Shown: piece after piece, positions 8,784 to 17,261 of the stretch
Position numbering within the stretch: the first letter of the stretch is position 1
Layout of the letters: the number at the start of each line of letters is the position of its first letter
Sequence record: SRR20825019_2087
Length of the DNA: 28,907 nucleotides
Strand: one strand, 5' to 3'
The notes under the pieces: generated by a model
Databases searched by the model: none
Seen by the model: the letters and a program-made list of their open reading frames with translations, nothing else
What the model was told of the DNA's origin: nothing
Translations under genes and position numbers: made by a program

Positions 8784-9293
8784 TCACGTTTTCTTACTTG
8801 TTTTCTTTTCCATTTTACGATTGATGTCATCCAACATCTCTTTCATCTTGTCAAACCCAATATAAGAGATTGATCCATCAATGGCGTTTATGTTTCCGGG
8901 CTCAAATTCCCATTGAGCATAACCGCATCCAAGTTCAATAATCCCTTTGATTGTGTCATTTTGGAGAAACAAAAAACCTGCGTTCAATGCAAACGTCCCA
9001 CACTCCCCGCGAGTGAAACTTGAGCTGTCGCTAACAATTTGAATTAACCTTATTTGATCTAAAGAGTCTAGCGAATATAGAAAATCCTTGTAGAGAAATT
9101 CTTCTATTCCTTCTCCCATTAAATCTTCATCAATGAACGGGTCAAAATTTAGTTGAACATATTTCACCTCATAATTCGAGAGTTCATTTTTTAAAGACCA
9201 ATTGATTTTTAAGTCTTTGGGAGGTTTTATTTTATCATGGTTCGAACAACTGAAAATGAACAGCGTTATTGTTAATAGTATGAGTTTTTTCAT
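8784..9293 (-). CDS. Hypothetical lipoprotein
   Basis: MKKLILLTITLFIFS-C lipobox; 169 aa. Confidence 0.7.
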   Translation of the reverse strand: MKKLILLTITLFIFSCSNHDKIKPPKDLKINWSLKNELSNYEVKYVQLNFDPFIDEDLMGEGIEEFLYKDFLYSLDSLDQIRLIQIVSDSSSFTRGECGTFALNAGFLFLQNDTIKGIIELGCGYAQWEFEPGNINAIDGSISYIGFDKMKEMLDDINRKMEKKTSKKT

Positions 9294-9346
9294 TGAACGT
9301 ATTTTTACGTCTATCCTAGTGAGGCGTATGAAAACATCTAGGGAGA

Positions 9347-9877
9347 TTAATCATATAAATTATTCTTCATTGGGCCAAAAAGCTCGAGCAGTTTTTCAAG
9401 GTCGTTTGTAGCATCTGGAAGCTGAGGATACCCATCTTTGTAGAACGTTGAATCTAAAATGGATCCCGAATAATGATACGTTTTCCACCAACCTTCCTTA
9501 TTTCCTTTAATGTAACACCCCTCATGTCCAGGGTCGCCAGTGTCATCTGTAAATTGAACTACGCACCCATTTCCGTCCTTGAATGTTCCGAAATTCTTTT
9601 TATTTCCTAATAAATCAAAAACAGCTTCAATTTGCCATAACTCATCATTTTTCATGACGACTTTCGACTTTAACTTCCCGTTTGTGTAATAGTTCGTAAA
9701 ATGAATCAAGGTATCGTTGCCATGTGTATAAACCTTCCATTCTTGATGAATTGTCCCAGCATTACCTGCATGAAATTCGCTCCAATTTTCTGCACCTTGA
9801 TCAATCAGGACATTCTTCGGACTGATACATCCAATTAAAAGCAGGATTCCGATAAGCATTCCGAGTGTCTTTTTCAT
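9347..9877 (-). CDS. Lipoprotein with MORN-variant (YwqK-like) repeats
   Basis: Lipobox LLIG-C; YYTNGKLKSK, GCYIKGNKEGWWKTYHYSG and FYKDG. Confidence 0.7.
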   Translation of the reverse strand: MKKTLGMLIGILLLIGCISPKNVLIDQGAENWSEFHAGNAGTIHQEWKVYTHGNDTLIHFTNYYTNGKLKSKVVMKNDELWQIEAVFDLLGNKKNFGTFKDGNGCVVQFTDDTGDPGHEGCYIKGNKEGWWKTYHYSGSILDSTFYKDGYPQLPDATNDLEKLLELFGPMKNNLYD

Positions 9878-9919
9878 GTTGGCAGTGGTATTTTTTCTCA
9901 GCTTCCTTTTCTAAAACAC

Positions 9920-10717
9920 CTATTTTTCAATTTTCTCGAACGAAGTAACGATTCCTTTGATTAACGCTGAGCTAAAACCATTGTGTTCCATTTCGTTCAG
10001 ACCAGCTATGGTGCAGCCTTTTGGAGTTGTCACCTTATCGATTTCAAACTCAGGATGTTCATTTCGTTGAATTAACAATTCGGCAGCACCTTTAACAGTT
10101 TGAGTTACAATCTCGCTTGCTGTTTTTGCATCAAAGCCAATTTCAATTCCTCCTTGGATCATTCCTCGAATGAATCTCAAAACATACGCTATTCCACAGG
10201 CGCCTAGTACCGTTGCGGAATTCATTAACTCTTCATCAATGATTATGGTGTTTCCAATCGCATTAAAGCAATTTTTCACAGCTTCAATTGCCGCGCCATT
10301 ATTTGAGTTTGACGAGATACATGTCATCGACACCCCAACATCGGCGGCCGTGTTTGGCATTGCTCTGAAAATAGGAATTGGTGCTTTTACACTATTTTGA
10401 ATTTGTTCCAACGAAATTCCAGTTGCCAGGGAAACAAGAATGTGTTTCTCAGGAATAAAAAGAGCATTTAGCTCGTCCAATACAGCCAAAATATTGTAGG
10501 GCTTAAGGGCAATAATGATTATTTCAGATTCCTTAACAGCCCATGCATTGTCATCGCTCGTTCTGATGCCTGATTCCTTTAGGTATTCTAGACTGGCAAT
10601 ATTTCTCTTAGTGACAATAATATTGGACGCAGGAACAGCCTGCTCGCTTAATAAGCCGTTTAAAATTGATAATCCTAAATTACCGCATCCAATGATTGCA
10701 ATTTTTCTATTTTCCAT
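9920..10717 (-). CDS. proC: Pyrroline-5-carboxylate reductase
   Basis: KIAIIGCGNLG, ALKP, RAMPNT and KVTTPKGCTIAGLNEME; start corrected to ATG 10717. Confidence 0.95.
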   Translation of the reverse strand: MENRKIAIIGCGNLGLSILNGLLSEQAVPASNIIVTKRNIASLEYLKESGIRTSDDNAWAVKESEIIIIALKPYNILAVLDELNALFIPEKHILVSLATGISLEQIQNSVKAPIPIFRAMPNTAADVGVSMTCISSNSNNGAAIEAVKNCFNAIGNTIIIDEELMNSATVLGACGIAYVLRFIRGMIQGGIEIGFDAKTASEIVTQTVKGAAELLIQRNEHPEFEIDKVTTPKGCTIAGLNEMEHNGFSSALIKGIVTSFEKIEK

Positions 10718-10850
10718 TCTCTGTTGATTGTCAATAACGAAAATACTCAAATTTGGCACTTTTGACTTTAATGATCGAATGCCATTTCTTCCACTTCAAG
10801 GCTAGTTTCATGATTAATACATTCATCACACAAGCAAAGTGTAAAAATCG

Positions 10851-10884
10851 AAAAAGCCCAATAAGAAAAATCTTACTGAGCTTC
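10851..10884 (-). terminator. Intrinsic terminator of the cold-shock gene
   Basis: Minus strand AAGCTCAGTAAGA-TTTT-TCTTATTGGGCTT followed by TTT; 13-bp stem with two G:U pairs. Confidence 0.65.
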
Positions 10885-10910
10885 TAGAAAATTTTAATCC
10901 ATGATTAACC

Positions 10911-10937
10911 GTAACGGCTAGTCTGGACTAGACAAAA
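10911..10937. repeat. 27-bp dispersed repeat, copy 1 (IS terminal-repeat-like)
   Basis: GTAACGGCTAGTCTGGACTAGACAAAA matches 28881..28907 at 22/27 positions, last 13 identical. Confidence 0.6.
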
Positions 10938-10942
10938 TGAAA

Positions 10943-11134
10943 TTAATTAACTCTTACGTTAATTGCATTCAATCCTTTTGGGCTTTCTTCTACATCGAAG
11001 CTAACTTTGTCGCCTTCATTGATTTCGTCAACTAGTCCATTTACATGTACAAATATATCTTTGTCACCACTTTCTGGTGTGATAAATCCAAATCCTTTAG
11101 AATTGTTGAAAAATTTTACTGTTCCGTCACTCAT
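10943..11134 (-). CDS. Cold-shock protein (CspA family)
   Basis: GTVKFFN, RNP1 KGFGFI, RNP2 IFVH; 63 aa. Confidence 0.96.
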   Translation of the reverse strand: MSDGTVKFFNNSKGFGFITPESGDKDIFVHVNGLVDEINEGDKVSFDVEESPKGLNAINVRVN

Positions 11135-11157
11135 AATAAAAAGTATAAATTAAAGTA

Positions 11158-11165
11158 CAAATCTA
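11158..11165 (-). promoter_or_regulatory. -7 element TAGATTTG for the csp gene
   Basis: Exact TAnnTTTG match, 23 nt upstream of the ATG. Confidence 0.6.
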
Positions 11166-11563
11166 ACCTATTAAAGTAATACTAACTACGAATTAATGCA
11201 TCAAATTAATAATCAAGCAATTATTGTTGATTTTTCAGTTTCAAGCTACTGTTCAATTGACTTCAAACAACAAGAATTACACACTTCATCAGAAAGATGT
11301 TAAATTCTTCATTTTTCCATTTTTAAAATCACAATAAAACACTAAATAACAGACTATTAAGAATAGTTTTAGCATATCAAAACGAACGACAATTCTATTA
11401 AAAACTCGTCGCTAAGCTGTATTTAGGATTCTTTTATTTCCTTTTTCTTAGCCTAAAACACCATCTGAGACCTTCAAATCTGCTTCTAAAAAGCAATGAA
11501 ATTTCTTTCATACTTCACTCCGAAATTCAAAAAAACGCACCTAAAATGTTCTAAAACAGAAAA

Positions 11564-11812
11564 TTATAGAATGAAATCATGTGTATTACAACGGAAAACT
11601 AAGCGAAAAATGGTGATTGCGATTAAGCAAAAAACGACTAGAACAAATACGCTTAATACTAAATTGAAAATGGAACTTTTCACCACGTTCGAATAGTCGC
11701 TGTCATAATCAGACTTGAGTATTCTCTGCAATTCCTTTTTATTCCGGTATTTACAATGGAGTATGATCCACCCAATAGGTCTGAAAAGAATGTCAATAAT
11801 TATGAATTCCAT
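11564..11812 (-). CDS. Small hypothetical membrane protein
   Basis: 82 aa, two hydrophobic segments, ATG 8 nt after the stop of the upstream co-directional gene. Confidence 0.55.
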   Translation of the reverse strand: MEFIIIDILFRPIGWIILHCKYRNKKELQRILKSDYDSDYSNVVKSSIFNLVLSVFVLVVFCLIAITIFRLVFRCNTHDFIL

Positions 11813-11820
11813 GCTTTAGG

Positions 11821-12291
11821 CTAGTTTAGTAATTTGCGAGCTACTGCAAAAGGGCTATCTCCCGAACCATCTGGATTAGAATATGAATAAATGCGAATTT
11901 TGCGCTGCTTTGGAAGCAAATCTGAATAGTTAGAATTCATCATAGCACATATAATCTTCTCGTAAAACACTTCATTTGGTGGACAAAAAGCATCTATGCA
12001 AACTTCGTCTTTAGTTAACTTCACTAAAAACAATTCGAACTCAACAGAGTCTGGCATATTATCTCTGATAGAATCATTTATTTCTGAGTAAATTTCACTT
12101 CCGTTATGAATACTATATGCATCGGGAGTTTTCTCTGACCAATCTGTAACTTCTTTAATTTCTTCTCCTGACATTTCGTAGCCACAATACTTTTCAGCTT
12201 GAAAGATGTTAATACGATTAGCGCAAGCAAGCGTAATAAGTGCTGCGATTGGAAACAGTAAAAAAATGTAACGATTCTGTATGGTTTTCAT
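11821..12291 (-). CDS. Hypothetical lipoprotein
   Basis: Start corrected to ATG 12291: MKTIQNRYIFLLFPIAALITLA-C. Confidence 0.65.
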   Translation of the reverse strand: MKTIQNRYIFLLFPIAALITLACANRINIFQAEKYCGYEMSGEEIKEVTDWSEKTPDAYSIHNGSEIYSEINDSIRDNMPDSVEFELFLVKLTKDEVCIDAFCPPNEVFYEKIICAMMNSNYSDLLPKQRKIRIYSYSNPDGSGDSPFAVARKLLN

Positions 12292-12301
12292 TCTTACAAA
12301 G

Positions 12302-12871
12302 CTATATTTTTCTTTCTTCATCTCGTTCCCATTTGATGCTCTCCAATGTTATTAGCCAATGACCGACACCCCCTTCAAAAATTCTAGGATCAATCTCTTT
12401 TAAATCAGTTATTAGCATTTCGTAATGTTCATCTGAAAACTCAGTCTCAAAAAACGATTCAGGAGTCAACATGGTTATTTGATTCATGAACTGTTGAATT
12501 CGGAGTACTGTTTGAGCGAATTTTTTCAAATCAGAATTTATAAAAACCTCTTGAAATTCATCATCGTGATTCAAATAAATCAATTCCTGATTATCTTGGT
12601 TAATTGAGATTGGATCTCCCGAACCATTAAATCCAATTGCCAAGTACTTTTCGAATTCGGGATTTTCTAAACTCCACTTTTCATTCACCGTTTGAATTCT
12701 CTCATTCTTCAAATAATCAAAGTTCAATTCTTGGTATTCTGATGGCATTCCAGAAATGAAAAGGAAATCCAAAGCGGCCGAACCAAAGTTGAATTTCCTT
12801 TGAATAGATTGATCAGCAACTATATGTTCCCGACCTACTAATCTCCACTTTCTTAAAAATTCGTTGTTCAT
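12302..12871 (-). CDS. SUKH-4-like (SMI1/KNR4 superfamily) immunity protein
   Basis: FLFISGMP, YLAIGFNGSGDPISIN, FINSDLKKF and LKEIDP...W motifs; acidic composition. Confidence 0.75.
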   Translation of the reverse strand: MNNEFLRKWRLVGREHIVADQSIQRKFNFGSAALDFLFISGMPSEYQELNFDYLKNERIQTVNEKWSLENPEFEKYLAIGFNGSGDPISINQDNQELIYLNHDDEFQEVFINSDLKKFAQTVLRIQQFMNQITMLTPESFFETEFSDEHYEMLITDLKEIDPRIFEGGVGHWLITLESIKWERDEERKI

Positions 12872-13047
12872 ATTCTCTAAGTACAGTTAACTATTCTTCA
12901 TTCAACGAAATGGCTGTATTCTACAAAGCAAGCCGTCGTTTTTTTTGTAATCTACAACGTTCATTGCGTGTTTTTCACAACAACCATTAACCACAAAGAT
13001 GCGGAAATCGAGACATACTTTTATTCTTCAAAACAAGTAAAATTTTA

Positions 13048-13099
13048 TTTGGAATAATCGTTCTGTTATTGTTATGTTTGCAAACGGAACGATTGTTCC
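13048..13099 (+). promoter_or_regulatory. SDR promoter (-33 TTTG, -7 TATGTTTG) with two palindromic operators
   Basis: TTTG 13048-13051, 21-nt spacer, TATGTTTG 13073-13080; GGAATAATCGTTCT 13051-13064 and GGAACGATTGTTCC 13086-13099. Confidence 0.8.
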
Positions 13100-13131
13100 A
13101 GTATTTTTAAATTAATTAATAAAAAGAAAAA

Positions 13132-13887
13132 ATGAGTAAATTAAATGGTAAAATTGCCGTAGTTACGGGTGGCAACAGCGGTATTGGCTACGCATCTGCT
13201 AAAGAATTAAAAAGTCAAGGTGCAACTGTAATTATTACAGGAAGAAACTCGAATAAGGTTCAAGAAGCAGCACAAGAGCTCGGTGTTAAGGGAATTACTG
13301 CAGATGTTGAGAGTATTTCAGCCATAGAATCTTTGGTTGAACAAGTCAAAACGGATTTTGGAAAAGTAGACGTCTTGTTCGTGAATGCCGGTATTTTTCA
13401 GCCAGCTCCAATTGGGCAAATAAGTGAGGAAATGTTTGACCATCAAATGGGAATTAATTTCAAAGGAGCATTTTTCACAACTGAAAAGTTTCTTCCGATC
13501 TTAAATGACGGCGCGTCGATTATAAACTTGTCTTCAGTTAATGCTTATACAGGAATGCCTAACACAGCAGTTTATGCCGCATCCAAAGCTGCATTAAATT
13601 CATTCACGCGCACTGCTGCAACCGAATTGGCTCCAAGAAAAATTCGCGTTAATTCTGTAAACCCTGGGCCAATATCAACGCCTATTTTTGGTAAAACAGG
13701 AATGGAAGAAGAAGAACTGAATGGATTTGCAGGGGCAATGCAAAATCGGATTCCGCTAAAACGCTTTGGTAAACCAGAAGAGATCGCTAAACTGGTTTCG
13801 TTTCTAGCATCGGATGACGCTTCATTCATTACTGGCAGTGAATACAATATAGATGGAGGTGTAATCATTAATCCACTCTTGAGTTAA
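13132..13887 (+). CDS. Classical short-chain dehydrogenase/reductase
   Basis: TGGNSGIG, NAG, YAASK and PGPISTP. Confidence 0.95.
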   Translation: MSKLNGKIAVVTGGNSGIGYASAKELKSQGATVIITGRNSNKVQEAAQELGVKGITADVESISAIESLVEQVKTDFGKVDVLFVNAGIFQPAPIGQISEEMFDHQMGINFKGAFFTTEKFLPILNDGASIINLSSVNAYTGMPNTAVYAASKAALNSFTRTAATELAPRKIRVNSVNPGPISTPIFGKTGMEEEELNGFAGAMQNRIPLKRFGKPEEIAKLVSFLASDDASFITGSEYNIDGGVIINPLLS

Positions 13888-13901
13888 TTTTTTTGGCTCA
13901 A

Positions 13902-13933
13902 TTTGGAATGAAAGTTCCAATATGTTACTTTTG
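13902..13933 (+). promoter_or_regulatory. tetR promoter (-33 TTTG, -7 TACTTTTG) with one operator
   Basis: TTTG 13902-13905, 20-nt spacer, TACTTTTG 13926-13933; GGAATGAAAGTTCC 13905-13918. Confidence 0.75.
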
Positions 13934-13965
13934 TGGAGGCCTTAAAAAGCTTCCACATTTTTTTT
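13932..13965 (+). terminator. Intrinsic terminator downstream of the SDR gene
   Basis: TGTGGAGGC-CTTAAAAA-GCTTCCACA (9 bp, one G:U) followed by T8. Confidence 0.65.
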
Positions 13966-13968
13966 CTT

Positions 13969-14550
13969 ATGCCAAGAGTAAAACTATTTGATGAAAATGA
14001 AGTCTTAACCAAAGCAATGAATTTGTTCTGGAAACAAGGATTCTCAGCTACTTCGGTAAATGATTTGGTTACCCATTTGGGGATAAATAGAGCAAGTTTA
14101 TATGACACTTTTGGTGACAAAGAACAACTTTTCAAAAAATCCTTTGAGCTTTATCGAAAGATCAATATTGACGGATTAATTCAGTTTTTTGAAAATCGAC
14201 CGAATATAAAGGATGGGTTTTCTGAACTTTTCGAGATTGCTATTCAAGAAGCCGTTCTCGACAAGGATAATAAAGGTTGCTTTGCCGTAAACACAACGAC
14301 AGAACTTATTCCGAATGACGAAAGTTTATTCGAAGTTTTGGAAAACAACAAACGCGTTTTTGAAGGAATATTTTACGATTACCTCAAAAAGGGTCAAGAC
14401 TCCGGTCAATTAAACACCAAGCAAGATTTAAAGTCCCTCGCCTCCCTTTTCTTCATGCTCTACAATGGGATTCGTGTTGTTTCCAAAATTCGCCCGAATA
14501 AAAAAGAATTGTCCGATTCAATTAATGTCGCTTTGTCTTTGCTCCAATGA
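13969..14550 (+). CDS. TetR/AcrR-family regulator (NemR/ComR-like)
   Basis: MPRVKLFD...LFWKQGFSATSVNDLVTHLGINRASLYDTFGDKEQLF HTH; KGCFAVN in the C-terminal domain; start corrected to ATG 13969. Confidence 0.93.
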   Translation: MPRVKLFDENEVLTKAMNLFWKQGFSATSVNDLVTHLGINRASLYDTFGDKEQLFKKSFELYRKINIDGLIQFFENRPNIKDGFSELFEIAIQEAVLDKDNKGCFAVNTTTELIPNDESLFEVLENNKRVFEGIFYDYLKKGQDSGQLNTKQDLKSLASLFFMLYNGIRVVSKIRPNKKELSDSINVALSLLQ

Positions 14551-14589
14551 CGATAGCCCAAGTATTTCTCTCAATAAAACTATAGAAAG

Positions 14590-15456
14590 TTGATCCTAGA
14601 TAGAAAGCACTTTGACATTAATGAGAGAACTGTATTTGAAAAGATCCTTTTAAAGCGACCTCATAGAATGAAAGCTATTTTTGGCGATTCTGCCTGTTTT
14701 CTTTACACGAAAAATGGAAATTCCCATGTGATTTCGGCAAATGAAACAGTGAGCATGGATGCCAACGAAAGTGTCTTACTCCGATGTGGAACGTATTTTA
14801 ATGAATACGTTAAAACCAGTGTTGACGACCAAAGTGAGGTGTATGCTATTCACTTGCATTATGACATTCTCCGAGAGATTTACAAAAACGATCTCCCTTC
14901 TTTTTTAAAAGAGAGTAAAAAAGAGGAATACACCGTGAAATTTGCCAATAAAAGTGTAATCGATCATTTTATTGCAAGTCTTGATTTCTACTTTGAGAAT
15001 CCAGAATTGGTAACTCCGGAGCTTCTTTCATTGAAAATTAAGGAATTGATCTTGCTTTTACTAAAAGGAAAAAATGCACAATCCGTAGCCGATTTAATCG
15101 CTGATTTATTTTCTCCACGTCAAATCAATTTTAAGCAATTGATCGAGAAACATGTCTATTCAACTATTTCTGTAGAAGATTTAGCGAGCCTTGGAAGTAT
15201 GAGTCTTTCATCTTTCAAACGGCAATTTAAGGCCACTTTTGACAACACTCCAGCGAATTACTTGAACCTTAAAAAATTAGAAAAGGCTGAAAATTTATTA
15301 AAGCAAACCGACATGTCAGTTAGTGAAATTTGTTTTGAGGTTGGCTTTGAATACACCACTAATTTCGCAAAGGCATTTAAACGAAAAAATGGCATCTCTG
15401 CGTTGACTTATCGTGATGAGAACAGAACTTCCCCTTCTGTTGAACCAAATGAATAA
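14590..15456 (+). CDS. AraC-family transcriptional regulator (ExsA-like N-terminal domain)
   Basis: SVEDLASLGSMSLSSFKRQFK and SVSEICFEVGFE...FAKAFKRKNG double HTH; TTG start. Confidence 0.92.
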   Translation: MILDRKHFDINERTVFEKILLKRPHRMKAIFGDSACFLYTKNGNSHVISANETVSMDANESVLLRCGTYFNEYVKTSVDDQSEVYAIHLHYDILREIYKNDLPSFLKESKKEEYTVKFANKSVIDHFIASLDFYFENPELVTPELLSLKIKELILLLLKGKNAQSVADLIADLFSPRQINFKQLIEKHVYSTISVEDLASLGSMSLSSFKRQFKATFDNTPANYLNLKKLEKAENLLKQTDMSVSEICFEVGFEYTTNFAKAFKRKNGISALTYRDENRTSPSVEPNE

Positions 15457-15506
15457 CCCTTTGAACTTTATCGCCAATTCTTTCTTGGGTAGTTGCCTCA
15501 CCTTTG
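15440..15506 (+). promoter_or_regulatory. Candidate AraC-activated promoter of the SRPBCC gene
   Basis: TTGAAC direct repeats at 15440 and 15461 (21-bp spacing); near-consensus -7 CACCTTTG at 15499-15506. Confidence 0.5.
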
Positions 15507-15542
15507 CATTGTCAACAATGACACAAAATATAAAGGACAATT

Positions 15543-16013
15543 ATGAGATTCGAAAAGACGATTGAAGTAAATACTTCCATTGAAAATGCGTGGCAAATAT
15601 TAGGAAAGGATTTTTCCGATATCCAAAAATGGTCAAGAAATGTTGGGCACTCCAAAGCAATTGGTGACGGAGACAATTCTGCTAATTGTGATGGAAGATA
15701 TTGTGAAGTGAAAGGTTTTGGAAATGTGGAGGAGAAGTTTCTGAACTATTCTGATCAAGACCACAAATACACGATTGAATTTTCCAAGGGATTACCGGGT
15801 ATGGCCAAGAGTTTTGTAATGGAATTCAAGCTCAACGCGCAAGGTTCAAATAAGACTCAATTTCACTTTTCAGGTAATTTAGAACTTCAGGGAATCACGG
15901 GATTTCTAATGAAGCCAATTATGAGAATGCAGATGAATAAAAATTTGGACTCTCTTGCTGAAGATTTCAAGTATTATGCTGAAAACGGAAAACCTCATCC
16001 TAAAAAGAAATAG
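15543..16013 (+). CDS. SRPBCC (START/polyketide cyclase) family protein
   Basis: IEVNTSIENAWQILGKDFSDIQKW N-terminus and C-terminal helix ...DFKYYAENG. Confidence 0.88.
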   Translation: MRFEKTIEVNTSIENAWQILGKDFSDIQKWSRNVGHSKAIGDGDNSANCDGRYCEVKGFGNVEEKFLNYSDQDHKYTIEFSKGLPGMAKSFVMEFKLNAQGSNKTQFHFSGNLELQGITGFLMKPIMRMQMNKNLDSLAEDFKYYAENGKPHPKKK

Positions 16014-16037
16014 GCACGATAATTTTTATAATCCCGC

Positions 16038-16114
16038 AATACAAAACTAAGATCGTTTAGCTTGTATTTTCAGTGTAAAATGCGTTTCAGTGCATTTTAC
16101 ACTTTGTTGTTGCA
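16038..16114. repeat. Two adjacent inverted repeats between convergent genes (terminator and/or truncated attC-like site)
   Basis: Imperfect stem 16038-16068; perfect 12-bp stem AGTGTAAAATGC (16072-16083) / GCATTTTACACT (16092-16103). Confidence 0.7.
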
Positions 16115-16117
16115 TGC

Positions 16118-16423
16118 TTATTCTTTTCTTTTAAAGTTTCCGTTCTTAAATTCGAGTTCCATTTTGCCTTCATTCCAACCTTCATTAATTGCGAATAAAA
16201 TAGACTCACTGACAAATTTTGGCGTTATCAATTTCGGCTCAAAATCGGGAGGTCTATTTTCTTTATCATTGACAAATAACCACTCGTCATACCAGCCAAA
16301 ATCCACAACTAAAAAACCATTCTTCGCGTGATCGGAAGTAACAAAAATCTTTCCATTGAATTTCCAATGAAACTTCCTTTCACCAACAACTATGCTTCTT
16401 AATCCCTTTTTTGAAACTGTCAT
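16118..16423 (-). CDS. Conserved-looking hypothetical protein
   Basis: 101 aa with KKGLRSIVV...FHWK and ITPKFVSESILFAINEGW; co-directional with neighbours. Confidence 0.75.
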   Translation of the reverse strand: MTVSKKGLRSIVVGERKFHWKFNGKIFVTSDHAKNGFLVVDFGWYDEWLFVNDKENRPPDFEPKLITPKFVSESILFAINEGWNEGKMELEFKNGNFKRKE

Positions 16424-16476
16424 TATTCAGCTTTTCTAGATTCCAAATTTGCTTTAATTTTGATAGATTTCTTCGA

Positions 16477-17175
16477 TTATTTCTCCCATTCAATTTTATC
16501 CGAGTTCATTCGGAAATACTTGAACTCATCCAAATCTTGAAAGAATTTTGTAGCTAGTCGTCTATTTTTTTCCTTCCCAACCCCATTAAACTGCAAAACC
16601 GCAAAGCGTCCAAGGTTTTTCGCTCCTCTTACTTCGAACAAAACATCATCGCTTCGTTGATCTTGACAAAGTGCCGAAAACTCGGATTTTATTAGATCAT
16701 TTTCATTTGATTTTCTCTGAAAAAGGTTTTTAAACGTTTTCTTATTATTTTCCAATTCCTTTTTGAGTTCATTTTCAAATGTTATTTTCTGTATTATGCT
16801 AATTGGAATCCATGGTTCTTCAACAAATGACCTCGTTGGTTCGATTTGGAAATAGTCTTCTATAATTTTAGTATCTATCCCAGCCAAATCCAATCTCATC
16901 GGTGAGTCAGGAAATTCTTCGCTATCATCAAAAGTATAACCACCTTGAGGGAACAGAAACAGACCGTTTTCTAGTTGTGCATTGAATCGCAAGGAGTACC
17001 ATAGTTCATAATTTGGCACGTCAGTCTTCCAAAAATCCCAAACATACTTCCGAATTTTTTCAAAATAATAAACCGTTGGTTCAAAGTATCCATAAACACC
17101 GCCCATAGATTTATCTCCAACCCCTAATCTGGCAGTACCAATTAAAAATTCATGAGAATATATTTTTACTTTCAA
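16477..17175 (-). CDS. Hypothetical two-domain protein
   Basis: 232-aa ORF with TTG start and an upstream -7 box; no signal peptide. Confidence 0.7.
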   Translation of the reverse strand: MKVKIYSHEFLIGTARLGVGDKSMGGVYGYFEPTVYYFEKIRKYVWDFWKTDVPNYELWYSLRFNAQLENGLFLFPQGGYTFDDSEEFPDSPMRLDLAGIDTKIIEDYFQIEPTRSFVEEPWIPISIIQKITFENELKKELENNKKTFKNLFQRKSNENDLIKSEFSALCQDQRSDDVLFEVRGAKNLGRFAVLQFNGVGKEKNRRLATKFFQDLDEFKYFRMNSDKIEWEK

Positions 17176-17253
17176 AAGTTTGCTTTAATGTTGGTTAATC
17201 CAGTGTAGTTTTTACCGAAAATCTTCTTTAACTGAGAGAGTCGATATTTCTAT

Positions 17254-17261
17254 CAAAAGTA
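17254..17261 (-). promoter_or_regulatory. -7 element TACTTTTG
   Basis: Exact TAnnTTTG match in the intergenic region upstream of 16477..17175. Confidence 0.5.

Noticed and set aside
11496-11696. 66-aa plus-strand ORF
   Set aside because: Lys-rich antisense shadow of the hydrophobic 11564..11812 ORF; no recognisable features.
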